A DNA stretch of 64,000 nucleotides from Tubiluchus corallicola. Lineage: Eukaryota; Animalia; Priapulida. The DNA lies in NCBI GenBank assembly GCA_030141605.1, contig JAQGDQ010000559.1, positions 77,266 through 141,265 of the forward strand, given 5' to 3'. How positions within the stretch are numbered: the first letter of the stretch is position 1; the number at the start of each line of letters is the position of its first letter. Of this stretch, positions 12,701 through 24,378 are shown in pieces. The position numbers were made by a program, and so were the translations under genes. The notes beneath the pieces are model-generated. The model saw only the letters and a list, made by a program, of their open reading frames with translations. It searched no databases and was not told the DNA's origin.

Positions 12701-15700
12701 CAAACATTACCCAGTGTTATCTAACCTTGTTTCACACGACATACGGTTAAAACGGCTGTATCTAACGGTCATTGTGGGAGTTTAAATTTACCAGTTTTAT
12801 ATTATAACATTACTGCCTGTGCAAGCTCTACATGCAATAAAACAGCAAGTAGGAGACTCAAAATTTGAAAATAAATTTTTAAGACTTTTTTGCATGAATG
12901 GCTGTTTCTTGTGCTTTAAAAAAGTCTATACACTCGACGTATATACTGCAACGTTACTCTAGCGAAAGAGAAACTATAAAAATACTATTTTTTGTATCAA
13001 AAACTCGTGCCCACACATTTGAAGTACTTTAAACGTGGTTTATGTCACGTTCATGATCTTTTAGTACCAGACTGTATAGTATAGTAGTAATCCATGTTCT
13101 TTCTGTTTGGGAGGTCGTGAGTTTGATACTGGGCTTGGTTGTACCAGAGACTTTAAACATGATGCTGCTGTTACCCTGCCTGGCACATGGTATTAAGATT
13201 AAAAGTGGGGTAACAATAATAATCTCTGTTGTGTAGGTGTATCTTGCGTTGTCTGTGTTGTGTTTTGTTTCTCTCGAAAGGCTCGTAGAGAAAACCAGCA
13301 AAACACGTCGTCAAACAAAACTAGTTTATTATGCGAGAATTCTACAACACAAAAGTATGAAGGAACGCGAAATGTTTACAGCATATGTGAAAATCTGGAA
13401 ACGTGAAAGCGAGAAAGCGTATCTGAGAATACAAGAGAATAAACTCCAGCGGCCAGCTCCGCCTTATATATCAGTGCAAATCAACCATCTAGAAAGTACT
13501 ACGTGCATCCCGTATAGAAAGTTCTCGAGTCTTTCTATACGGTAAGAAGGTAAGGTAAGAAGATTGTACAAGGTACCTTCTCTGCAAGGTAAGAAGATTG
13601 TTCTACTATACTATAGAATATTCCAGATCTCCACAACATCTGTTAAACATAGCGATGCAAAATTACGAGGCAAATTTTTTAAGCTTTGTATAAGAATTGT
13701 GATTCTTGCCCTTTATTATTACAAAGGCAAAGAACTTACCCTCGTTCCAAGAAATCGAGCTTCAAGAAGTTCCTGTTTTCGCGGGTCTAACGTTTTTGAT
13801 ACGGCTGCAGTGTCATCAACTCTAGAACCTAGGCAAAAAATTCACACAGGCATTATACAGGGTGTCCCAAAAGCCACAAAATACACTTTTCACGCTTTCT
13901 ACATTTTGTAACAAATGAAACAAAATGTTTGAGAAATGCTACGTGATTTCATATGCAGTTTTAACCAAATTAGACAAAAATCTAAAATGAACTACTGCAA
14001 GTAGGTTTTTGCTTTTACTATATTTCCTCCCTTCTTCAAGATTGTCAAGAACTTCTGAGAGAAATCCAAAGTGCAAGTTGGACATCTTGCATTGAGAAAG
14101 TTTCTCACAACCCATGAGTGATGAGAAAGGCCTGCACCTTGTTGAAAAACTACATTGCACATAGTACTAGTATGGTACACAGGAAGTCCTAAGAACTAAT
14201 TTTCAAAGGTTCTTACTTTATTACTTAGTATTATCACATTCAGTACAATATAATGACATTAGGCACACAGTGACATCAAAATTATTACAACATATCTATC
14301 CATACCCAGCACCCCCCTCGGCCCATTCCCGTTCTCTACATCTCAGTCGTATAACTTTTGCGAAAAACGGCCGAAAAATGGCCATTTTTGGAGGTGGGCC
14401 CGATTCGAAAAATAAACCATCATAATGAGACGACACTAGATCGAGACCTTTCGTTTGATATATAGATCGCCGCAAATGGTGCCGTCGTTGAAGCTGTAGC
14501 CTCGAATCTTATATATATATATATATATATATAACATACCAAGAATATTAATATATATTAATATATAGATACTGTATTAAATTGTTATGTTTCATTCACT
14601 ATCGTTATCATAAAAGAATAATTGCATTGCAGTGGGCTAGAGAAGCATAGGCTTGTATAAGCCCACTGTCATGTGAACCTGATAAAAAGGATGCATGAAC
14701 AAAAAAAAGAACTGGGAGAAAGGTTAGATCACGCAGGAAGGGTAGAAGGATGTGTTAGCGGAAATGGTAGAAATAAAGATAATAGATTGCGCTATGTTGA
14801 CATCAGCTCTAAAGATTTATCAATGATGTCTTGTTTTGCATAATCTGTACCAGGATTGTGGTACGACTGCTGCAGTAGGTGTGGGAAATTAGGAAGTGTT
14901 GTACTTGTTGAGAATCATTGCTCTGTATTTCTTTTTAAATTTTTGAATTGGCTAACTAGTTTTTAATTCATCATTTATGTCATTCCAAAGCCTTGGACCA
15001 ACATTTGCAATGAATTGCCGTGCCACGCCTGTTCTACAGAAATTTACGACAAACTCATTCTTCAACTTTGTACTGGTCACTTGAGACTGAATAATTAAGA
15101 TTGGAGTTGTTTATTCACTTTTGCATCAGTGTTTTGAAGGAGTAACGACAAACACTTTCTTTTAATGTGCAGTAATTACACAATTGAAAGAAATAGTGTG
15201 GATATATCCGGTCTGCCGAACATTAATTTGATGGACCATCTTAGGTGCGAAGGAGTGGTTGATTTTTAGTGACGCGACCTGTGAAACTAATTGACAACAC
15301 AGGAAGATAGACAATTATCCTGAAAAATCTTCCTGTTAGATTGATGCTATACACTTATAGAGTATATTGCTATGTAGTGTTCATCTAGCATAGTGTCGTA
15401 AGGAGCAAGTGAGAAAATTTTGTCTATAAAAACAAATGAAAGGGAAATTATTAGCGAATGGAATTAATTTGTATTTAGAGCTACTCTGGAAAGAGTTCCT
15501 AAGTGCATAAAACCGTATAAAAATCACACAAAGGCAATTACAAATTATGTATCTAATAAGAAAACAACCAAAGTCAAGGCAGCCAGCCACGACAAACAGA
15601 TATTAGGAATAGTTTTAACTTTACAGATTTTAAACTAAGTAGGATTAAGTAAGAAAATGTTGGACAGGTTTGAATGAGGCGACAGTCAAAATAAAATAAG

Positions 15701-15832
15701 TATCTCACCGTCTGCAGCCTGCCTAGAAAGGCTGCCCAAGCTTGTACTGGTATTAGCAGATGTCATAATTACAGGCACACCACCAGTGCTCGTGGTCCAA
15801 GATGGCGTATGCGACCCAGCTCCTGAAAACAT
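586..15832 (-). CDS. tlk: Tousled-like kinase, 5' part of gene (9 coding exons in window; continues past the left edge)
   Basis: Phase-consistent GT-AG exons 15832-15709, 13828-13740, 11642-11502, 9785-9698, 8544-8438, 5993-5811, 3431-3339, 2050-1940, 722-586. They encode TLK hallmark motifs LDPRKQELLEARF, RKRK, KISDYF and the coiled coil LLIEK...[29 protein letters not shown]. Confidence 0.95.
1940..2050 (-). CDS. tlk: TLK coiled-coil exon (TAEELRQQL...MNKSLLIEK)
   Basis: Phase 0-0; resembles TLK DLRRQIDEQQK...MSKKLLIEK. Confidence 0.93.
2123..2535 (+). repeat. Four tandem copies of a tRNA-derived SINE head (about 100 bp)
   Basis: Units start at 2123, 2221, 2325 and 2429, each with A box tagctcaatgg and B box gttcaact; the last continues into ccaaagacttgaaaaatgg. 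Confidence 0.8.
3339..3431 (-). CDS. tlk: TLK coiled-coil exon (TELSLKQLAELESNVTAEIKEREARIEELTR)
   Basis: Phase 0-0, GT-AG; resembles TLK SDLTIEKISALE...EGRIDDLLR. Confidence 0.92.
3686..3795 (+). pseudogene. 5S rRNA-derived sequence (5'-truncated, mutated)
   Basis: gaaaacaccggttctcgtctgatca-cgaagttaagcaacg...ggttagtactt-gatgaccgcct-ggaatacc-ggt-ctgtaggctt matches the animal 5S consensus with several substitutions. Confidence 0.85.
3686..4223 (+). mobile_element. 5S rRNA-headed SINE-like retroposon with RTE-LINE-derived 3' tail
   Basis: 5S-like head to 3795 with no poly-T terminator, GC-rich body, tail encoding SRIGLLSHCPRC then ...gaaggatgccaacaaca; 12-bp direct repeat atttgccatact at 3674-3685 and 4224-4235. 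Confidence 0.8.
5811..5993 (-). CDS. tlk: TLK exon (SQAVMSPQH...HKVTQ)
   Basis: Phase 0-0, donor GTAAGA; ends in K-x-T-Q immediately before the coiled coil, as in TLKs. Confidence 0.85.
6890..8290. repeat. 69-bp minisatellite, about 20 copies, in a TLK intron
   Basis: Unit aaagctaagtgaatggaataaaatttttcgtatttatacataaattttgaaacttctgtatctacacaa; near-identical on the right, diverged on the left. Confidence 0.95.
8438..8544 (-). CDS. tlk: TLK exon (TTSAKKISDYFN...SPK)
   Basis: Phase 1-0; conserved KISDYF motif. Confidence 0.88.
8569..9087. mobile_element. TTAA-flanked non-autonomous DNA transposon (Kolobok-like); copies at about 28834-29530, 34040-34412, 41662-42203, 43724-44356, 47292-47858, 58125-58370
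   Basis: Ends TTAA|AGGAAGACAGG and TTTGCT|TTAA; shared internals such as tgaactgagaggt, gtgttgtactaaaacta and gacctgcagtttaagattgggtcc. Confidence 0.8.
9213..9478 (-). mobile_element. tRNA-derived SINE with (TTA)n tail; other copies at about 13067-13240 (+), 25720-26010 (+, 3' part), 47095-47280 (-)
   Basis: A/B boxes (tagtctagtggt; gagttcgaacc), shared body ggtaaaagtggggtaataatagtctctgtt, tail ccgactttaaataaa(tta)n. Confidence 0.8.
9698..9785 (-). CDS. tlk: TLK exon with NLS (TPDKPMKTPDRKVRKRKA...)
   Basis: Acceptor tttttcAG, donor G|GTACTG; matches TLK TPEK...RKRKA. Confidence 0.88.
9974..10485. mobile_element. Tc1/pogo-like MITE remnant
   Basis: Starts TA|CAGTAGTACCTC; degenerate inverted end ggaggtatgac near 10480; repeated gaaaacc motifs. 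Confidence 0.45.
10575..10922. repeat. Dispersed repeat family; copies at about 27025-27365 (+) and 50960-51252 (-)
   Basis: Shared ggtcaaaggtta...gcctcgcagcc...tagctagaaccttacctagttcattttt. Confidence 0.85.
10974..11425. mobile_element. piggyBac-like MITE
   Basis: TTAA|CCCTTTCA...TGAAAGAC|TTAA; near-identical to 48721-49170. Confidence 0.85.
11502..11642 (-). CDS. tlk: TLK exon (FGNHQDTSNMSNASS...)
   Basis: Acceptor tttcAG, phase 0-0, open frame, Ser-rich segment in the expected position; donor position less certain. Confidence 0.7.
13740..13828 (-). CDS. tlk: TLK exon (SRVDD...TLDPRKQELLEARFLGTR)
   Basis: Acceptor ttttgcctAG, donor GTAAGT; conserved TLK N-terminal LDPR(R/K)QELLEARF motif. 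Confidence 0.93.
14900..15070 (-). mobile_element. CR1/L2-group LINE 3' fragment
   Basis: Minus frame FIANVGPRLWNDINDELK...FKKK resembles the C-terminus of CR1/L2 ORF2. Confidence 0.5.
15709..15832 (-). CDS. tlk: TLK probable first coding exon (MFSGAGSHTPSW...QAAD)
   Basis: ATG at 15832; donor G|GTGAGA is phase 1 and matches the next exon. An internal acceptor (TTTTCAG) is also possible, so the start is not certain. Confidence 0.65.
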
Positions 15833-17449
15833 CGTGATTGCGAGACAAATGAAAGCTCCTCATCGAACACTCTGCATTTCCTCGCAGCTATTAAGCTATG
15901 TGGCACGCCTTATTCAATCAATTGCAGCAACTTTTCCAGAAGAAACAGTACAAACAGATGAAAAGCTCGTAGTTTTGTAAAACTCTTAATATATAAACTT
16001 AAAAATATTGTTTGCATCCAGTCGGTGTCGGTGACGTCAACTGTAAAAAGTGAAAAGTTGCAAAAGGTTTTCAGCGAACTGTTTCTGATTTGGTAAGCGA
16101 AATATCCACGAACAGCCCCCGTCACGCAGTTTATTAGTGTCGAACTGGTGGGCTATGGAATTAAGCTTTTTACTAAAAAAAAATTACGCTTTCATAGATA
16201 AATACTTATTTTGCAGATTTCGTTTTTTTGGTTTGCAATTGTGGAAAAATAACCTATTTTTATTTGCATCCTTACAGAGCCATTAAGCAGGTTGGGCAGC
16301 AATTAAGTTAGCACTATCCTCTCCGAATATAGTAACTTTTGCTGCATCTTGCTAAGTGATATTAGCTTGCTTTAAATCGTCTTCAGGTTACGATAGGCAG
16401 GTGGTCTTTGGCTTTTTGTTTCTCTTCTGGTGGTTTCATAATTTTTCTGACAGTCTTTGTGTAGCAATGTGATCGGTGAGATGTGGAAAGTGAGCAGCCA
16501 GAGTTGCCAAAATGTAATGATTTAATGCATACTCGGTTCGCCTTTGCAAGACCTTTTTGTCATAATGTGGTCTCAAAAACTTCAAAATTCCCCTCTGATA
16601 CATCTATAAGAAAAAACATTCACTTTCTTGGCAATCCTGGTTATGCAACTCTCCCATGTTGCACTGTTGTTGAGACACACGTTCATCTCAATTGTGATCG
16701 TAATGGAAGACCGGGTCAGGCTACATTCTTTGAAAAACCACAACTATCATGATCATAGCCTACACAGGAAGGTAACGCGGTCGACTTTTCAATTCCCAGA
16801 CCTGCCTGATTCACCTAAATGCCCATTGGTGACTTCACTGCCGATCACTGCTACCCAGTCCCCCATCTTTATTCCTTTTTTGTATCAGTTCTCGGTTTAA
16901 TCTTTCAGTCTTTCTACTTTTGGTCTGATGTTTGTCTCCGCAGGTCTCTACGAGGTATAACGATGTCATCAGTAACGTTCAATTGCTTTGCTTCAGTTGT
17001 GCTTTTCACCAGTGTACGATGCTGGACACATTCATTTGTTGTTTCCTGGCTTCAGCACGATAAATTAAAATCAATAACTAGCTGCTATGAGACGATCAAG
17101 ACAAAGAGCAATTAACATACATATTAAAACGCGTATATACATATATAAAATCACAATACATATACAAATAATTGCGTATGATCAATCCCTGGACTGATGG
17201 CTTACAATACTGTCAGATTGCTAGTAAATACGTGATTAAAAACATTGAAGAATCGATATTAGTAATTAAAAATACACGTCAGTAATTAAAAATACTTAAA
17301 AAAATTACAATTCAGAGTTTTTTTACACACAATTAAAAATAGTTTTAAATTTAAGTTTATGTATAATACACCAATTCATAAAGAAAGTTATGTATTCACA
17401 TATCATATGTATTCTTTTATATGTATAAAAACTATAAGTATAGCTGCGA

Positions 17450-17484
<35 letters not shown>

Positions 17485-17859
17485 CTAGTTCGTATATATA
17501 GTGATGTGTGAACAGACAAGAAGGCATGCCAAAGTCATGAAGTCTATGCTTATAAAATTGCACGTTTATTAACTATTAGTACAAGTAGAATGGATATTAC
17601 AGATATAGCCCAGTGTAAAGCCATCAGTCTATAGCTCTATCTCTTCTGCCTCGGCCCAGAAGTGCAACTAGTTTTTTTATCTCTGTGCATCAAACTATTT
17701 CGCCTTATTTGAGATCAATAATTATGACGTGTTCTATTTTAGAAACTAAATGGGTTTTCCCCAACTGATACGGTACATCAAGCGTTAGATATGAACTATT
17801 TAAACATTCTCTTTACTCTGGGTGTGCTTAGGGCATCGACGCACCTTAATCCGGCCTTG

Positions 17860-18180
17860 TGTTAGATAATCATACTTTTGTGTATTGAAAGAAGGAGGTA
17901 TGATAAACCAAGAAAAATCCCGGCTGAAAATCATATATGCACATAGTGTTTAAGAAACGAAATCGAAAACGATTTGAACTTTATTATAAAATGCCCATAT
18001 TACAATGATCTTAGAGAAAAATTGTATAATCACATCAATGATATTATACCAGAATTTTTCATTTTATAAGCGATGCTGATAAATTTTTATTCTTGATGGG
18101 AAGTAATGATTTAGAAGTCATTAAGGCATTTATTAATTATGTTGAAAAAGCGTTTTTAAGACACGGTGAACAACATACTA
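17860..18180 (+). mobile_element. RTEX-like LINE 3' fragment
   Basis: HTLCIERRRYDKPRKIPAENHICT*CLRNEIENDLNFIIKCPYYNDLR resembles the H-L-IE-GRY...C--C...EDE-HF---C zinc-finger tail; contains a stop. Confidence 0.7.
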
Positions 18181-18309
18181 TGTAATGATCATATCATTGG
18201 AAATGAGGCCTAATGAATGACATTTTATTTTTAATACTAATCATTAAACTTTTCATTTAAATAACTAAAATAAATAAGAGGAAGATTTAATAATATTTGT
18301 TTTATTGGT

Positions 18310-19175
18310 AATTGTTTTGTTTGTATGTCTTGTTTTTTTCTTATAAATTTCAAAATTAAAATTGTATGAATGTCTTGCTTTTTCTTGTACATTTCAAAAT
18401 TAAAATTGCATGTATGTCCTGCTTTTTCTTGTATATTCCAAAATTGAAATTGCATGTATGTCCTGCTTTTTCTTGTACATTTCAAAATTAAAATTGCATG
18501 TATGTCCTGCTTTTTCTTGTATATTCCAAAATTGAAATTGTATGCATGTCCTGCTTTTTCTTGTACATTTCAAAATTGAAATTGTATGCATGTCTTGCTT
18601 TTTTCTTGTATATTTGAAAATTGAAATTGTACGCATGTCTTGCTTTTTCCTTCTTTATTCCAAAATTGAAATTGTATGCATGTCTTGCTTTTTTCTTGTA
18701 GATTCCAAAATTGAAATTGTACGCATGTCTTGCTTTTTTCTTGTATATTTGAAAATTGAAATTGTATGCATGTCTTGCTTTTTTCTTGTATATTTGAAAA
18801 TTGAAATTGTACGCATGTCTTGCTTTTTTCTTGTATATTTGAAAATTGAAATTGTATGCATGTCTTGCTTTTTTCTTGTATATTTGAAAATTGAAATTGC
18901 ATGCATGTCTTGCTTTTTTCTTGTATATTTGAAAATTGAAATTGTATGCATGTCTTGCTTTTTCCTTCTTTATTCCAAAATTGAAATTGTATGCATGTCT
19001 TGCTTTTTTCTTGTATATTCCAAAATTGAAATTGTACGCATGTCTTGCTTTTTTCTTGTATATTTGAAAATTGAAATTGCATGCATGTCTTGCTTTTTTC
19101 TTGTATATTTGAAAATTGAAATTGTATGCATGTCTTGCTTTTTCCTTATCAATTTCAAAATTGAAATTGCACACA
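18310..19175. repeat. 45-bp minisatellite (about 19 copies)
   Basis: Unit ttttttcttgtatatttgaaaattgaaattgtatgcatgtcttgc. Confidence 0.95.
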
Positions 19176-20402
19176 TGTGTTATGAACAGTTTACTGTAGA
19201 TGAATGTTTAGCTAGTATTATGAATAGGTACTGTAAGTACTACGGGATGGGAAAGCCACAGACAGCTGTCCTTCAACAAGTGCATAAGTTGGAAACCAGG
19301 TTGTCGTCCTAGTTTTATTTCGACGGCTTCAGTCGGCACGTTTTCTAGCTATGAAAAATGTATCTCTGTAAGTGTTACCTGCGGACTATGTAATTTGTTG
19401 AAGTTTGGCATTTAACATTTTATAACTGTGATTACAGTTAAAGGACAGTAATGTTTTCGAGCAGTCCAGATATGTTTTGATACATTTTGTGCACTATCGG
19501 AATTTACAACAAATGGATACTTGTGACAGTTTGCTAAAGCCGTTATGGGATTACTACTGTTCATGTGGAAGGTTGGACTGAATATCACCGCATAAATTTA
19601 CCTGACGTCAGCCTCTGAGGAAGTTAAACCATTCTCGATGTTACCTCACCGACCTCATCTACTGGACAGTGTAGACTTCGTTTACAGTGACTCCACCAAT
19701 GACTTGTGTGGCATGCCAAGACGTTAATGGACAGTGAACCATCTCAGCGTGGACAGGTTTTTCGGTGCACCTCCCAGGGAAAGGGTAATTAGTGAGTACC
19801 TAGTGTATTAGAATCTTAATTTATTTATCTTTAGTTGGGTTTTGTCTCGTATTTATTTTTCTTCTATGTCTGGTAAACAACTTTATGTCTAAGAAGTTTT
19901 GCAACAATTTAAAGGTTTGTTGTTTAAAGTATAACATGATTTAGATATGCTTTATTGAAAAACAGCTAGGCTCTAGTGATTAAGTATAATCTTGTTGTCT
20001 GAGAAACTGCCTTTGAAAGTACTTTTGATTATCACAAATTTGTTAATTAAATTTTGATCGTTCTTTATACACAAAAATATCTATCTTGGAGTGCGTTTTT
20101 TGTGAAAGTTTAAGAAGTATTTGAATAGTAAAAATATTATGAATAGTTCACACTTTGTTAGCTAAATACAATAACAGCAACTCAAGACCGACACTTGAGA
20201 TCCCACACGTGATTCGAACCCACATCTTTTGTCTCAAGGTACGCCCCGTAGAGGTACCTATGAGAAACTGATTCAGTTTCTAAACAATTAACATCTGTGT
20301 ACTACTACCTCACCGCTCGGCTAGGAGTATGTTGGGAATTGTTGAAGTAAATCTGATTTAAATAAAAAACAGAAAACCAACAAGTAAAGCCGGGCGTCAC
20401 GG

Positions 20403-20810
20403 CATGTGTTTTTTTCTTGTATATTTCAAAATTGAAATTGTATGCATGTCTTGCTTTTTCCTTATATATTTCAAAATTGAAATTGCATGCATGTCTTGCT
20501 TTTTCCTTATATATTTCAAAATTGAAATTGTATGCATGTCTTGCTTTTTCCTTATATATTTCAAAATTGAAATTGCATGCATGTCTTGCTTTTTCCTTAT
20601 ATATTTCAAAATTGAAATTGTATGCATGTCTTGCTTTTTTGAAATTGTGTGTATGTCTTGCTTTTTTCTTGTATATTTCAAAATTGAAATTGTATGTATG
20701 TCTTGCTTTTTTCTTGTATATTTCAAAATTGAAATTGTATGCATGTCTTGTTTTTTGCTTGTATATTTCAAAATTGATATTGCATGTATGTGTTGCTTTT
20801 TTCTTGTATT
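20403..20810. repeat. Continuation of the 45-bp minisatellite
   Basis: Same unit resumes after a 1.2-kb interruption. Confidence 0.95.
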
Positions 20811-22644
20811 GTATGTATTTTTTGACACTAATAAATATCTAAATAAATATTTGATCCACGTTGTTTACAATCGTAACTAACATCATGTGACGTCGTCTTT
20901 GATCAAAACAAGTTATAGCGGGGATCCCCGTTTTACCCTTATCAGCGCTACATAAATAGATGTGTCAAGGATTTTGTTTGTCAAATTTAGTATAGCTATA
21001 AGTTACAAGTGGCGACACCTGGCCTCAATAGTCGCTTCCTACAGAGTTTCCGGTCATTTAGGTTTCAATGTGTACATGTTGTGACGTGTTCTGTGAACTC
21101 ATGATTTAATGCCAACGATGTACGTAAATTTTATTTAGTCATTTATTTTATTTACTGTAAGCTTCTCATTAATTTAATCATATACGATGTTTTGGTAGAA
21201 ATGAATCAGTTTATTAAAGAAATTTATATCTTATTTCAGATAAAATGTAATATTTTGGGATGAAGCAAATGACTACGGGGCATGTGCCACGAAAATGGTA
21301 CAAACAATAAACAGTTATACTGAGCAAATGATGACTTTGTTTGTTTGTCTCCGTAAAGCCCAAACAAGAGGAAATGAGATAATCCCCAGATTTCTGAGTT
21401 ACAAGCGCAAACTCGGTTTCGTCATCGTAAGTGCCTTCGTGACATCGTGATCGTATCTATGAAAGTACAATCTAAAAACCTGGATTCACGCCTACAAACG
21501 GTGTGATAATTTCTCGGCTGTTTGAAACGTGAGTTTAGAACATGATGAACTCTAGTATTAAAAATATTGTGCTTACACTTCCGACTGATTTAATCGGATG
21601 CAATTTTTTGTGGTGTCTTTTTTAATTTGTGTAATAATATCTCAATAACTATTTAATATGCGCATGCATAACAGGAGAAGAGTCTCCCCCATGTCATAAC
21701 TCTCAAGACACGTTTGTAATAGTGCGTTCTGAATTATCTATTAAATGTGTTGTAAACTCTACTACATTGCTCAGACACATCTTGTATCTTCAATTTGTTG
21801 CATTTTAAGTACAAGTGCATAAGTTTATCAATTCAGTTTAGTCATCTCGAGATTTGTATCCATTTCAATAGAAATATCACAATTACATTATGTAATGCAA
21901 TTTTTTGCGCTAAAATTTTATTTATGATTCTTCTTCCTGAATTTTGAATGTTAACTAACGAATAAAACATTGTAAATCGTAAACCGACAACTGCAAATTG
22001 TTAATCCTTACACTGTAAAGAATGACTTCAGTATTTTTGGTAATTTGTGTAGCACAAAGAGCATTGTACTAGATTATTTTGTACTACATATACTTTTTTC
22101 AGCTTTGTAATGAGTGTCAGAATAACCTTGCTTGAAATAACACAATAAATTATTTTGTCATCGAACCACATTATATCGTTAGTTTTTTATTTTGTATAAG
22201 TAAATAATAATTATATTAATAATAAATGTATTATTATCATTAATTTTTATTTCAGCCCAACTGACCACAAGAATTTTATCTAATCCTAATATTTTAATAA
22301 CACTGCTGTGTAAAAAATAAACTCAACGTGTTGTGAAAACAAAACCTAATGAACAACATTTAAAGTTCTGGTTAATATTAAAAGTTTTACTGATTTAACT
22401 AACTGAAACACGACAAAGTTAAAAATGTTCATATATGTTTAATCAATAAGACTACAGCTAATATGTTATAGTCTATGTGTCCATGGGGTTCACATGTCTT
22501 TGTCAAGGCTGATAAAACGAAGCTGTCACTAAAAATTGTAACACTAGCATTATAATTATGCTTCAGTGAGTTTCTCTGTGTTTACAAATTCATTAATTCT
22601 TCTAGCAGAATGAAGTTACTATATCGGACTTGTTTTACAAGACA

Positions 22645-22760
22645 AGAACTTTTGTTACCAAGGCCAGCACTTTTGTTACCAAGGCCAGCACGTTTGTTAT
22701 CAAGGCCCACTCTTTTGTTACCAAGGCCAGCACTTTTGTTACCAAGGCCCACACTTTTTC
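22645..22760. repeat. 21-bp tandem repeat x5
   Basis: cttttgttaccaaggccagca repeated. Confidence 0.9.
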
Positions 22761-23554
22761 AGCTTGTATTGCTGACGATGTCTTCAATTAATGCCACAAG
22801 AATTTTCACAATATGCTGTAGGACTACTTTTGTGCAATGATTGTTTACCTCTATTAGAATATACTGCAATGGACCTATAACTTTCCAGGGTAGCAAATAT
22901 CGCTTTTGATGAAAACATGTGAATGACCTCAACGACAATCGTTTCTATCAGCTGAATACCTAACCATATCAAGGTCAAATGCTGCAACGTAGTAATAACA
23001 GCTTTATTTTCAGCCCAGTTGTGTACGACAGTATCTAATTACTCACTAATTAGACAACATACTGCTAAAACATTTCGCCAAGTTGTGCACGGGTAAAAGA
23101 ACCATAAAATAAGTTTAACTTCATTTTCATTATATTCCCCCTTTAATTCTATAGATGCGCACTAGGTCTCTGCGCATCAAACTAGTTCGCTTTATTTGGG
23201 ATTTATATTCTTTACTTGCGATATATTTCAAATTGAAATTGTATGTATCTCTTGCTTTTTCTTATATGTATGTATTTTTGGTACTAATAAATATCCAACC
23301 CACCCTAATATCATGACTTTCATAGCTAGAAACATAAACGTAAACATAAAAGTGGCGGGGATCCCCGTTTTACCCTTATCAGCATTACATACAAAACAAA
23401 CTGAAGTCAGGGGATCCCCAGATTCCGGACTTAGAAGCGCAAGCAGTAAGATGTAAGTAGAATGATTTTTAACGCTATGCATGTACCTTTTGCGCTAGTT
23501 AGTTACGTAAATGTTATAATGCGCGCCTCACTGCCTAAAATTATGTTTTGTAGT

Positions 23555-24378
23555 ATAGGTTTTACATGTCAAATGTAGACCTGCGTTAACTCAAATGTAG
23601 ACATGTCAAGTCAAATGTGACATTGGTATCACAAATGTGGATAGGTGGTAAAGCTTAAAGATGTTAAATTTAATCTTAATTTAATGATTGCTGTGAAAAT
23701 AATAACTTTATAGGTCTACTAATAGTTCATTAATATTCTGTAAACTTTACATACCATTGGAACTGTTAGAGAAAACAATACGTTCTTAAGAGAAACTAAT
23801 TCATTAATGCAGTGCTAAATGCATTACTTAAAAAAACTGATTCACTGATTAGTGATTCACTGTTCATTGGGAAGTGGGAACCAATTTATTCTTTTCTACC
23901 GACGTTATGGTTTATCAAGGAATTTAGTTTGAGGATAAACAACACATTTTTCAAACTTATGAAAGAGGTGATGAATATCTTTGGTTTATCTTTTTGTAAT
24001 TTGCACTTAATTACCGATTTATTCAAAGTACCGCATCTACATTTGACTTACCTAAGTCACATTAGAGTTACCAAAACACATTCGAAATTCCTGTGTCTAC
24101 ATTTGACTTACCTGAGTCACATTTGAGTTACCAAAACACATTCGAAATTCCTACGTCTACATTTGACTTACCTAAGTCACATTTGAGTTACCAAAACACA
24201 TTCGAAATTCCTGTGCCTACATTTGACTTACCTAAGTCACATTTGAACTTTCCTGTGTCTACATTTGACTTACCTGAGTCACATTTGAGTTACCAAAACA
24301 CATTCGAAATTCCCACGTCTACATTTGACTTACCTAAGTCACATTTGAACTTTCCTGTCTACATTTGTAAAACCTATA
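23555..24378. mobile_element. MITE-like element with inverted ends and internal 60-bp tandem repeats
   Basis: tataggttttaca...aaatgtagac on the left versus gtctacatttgtaaaacctata on the right; ctacatttgacttacctaagtcacattt repeated over 24037-24365. Confidence 0.65.

Noticed and set aside
16300-17115. Coding-like GC content upstream of TLK (e.g. GIKMGDWVAV on the minus strand)
   Set aside because: Stops in all frames and no recognisable motif set; at most an old TE remnant.
18237-20880. ORFs of up to 256 aa in the 45-bp arrays, and many AANNGAAA IRF-like cores
   Set aside because: Satellite translations open on both strands; the short AT-rich motif is expected by chance.
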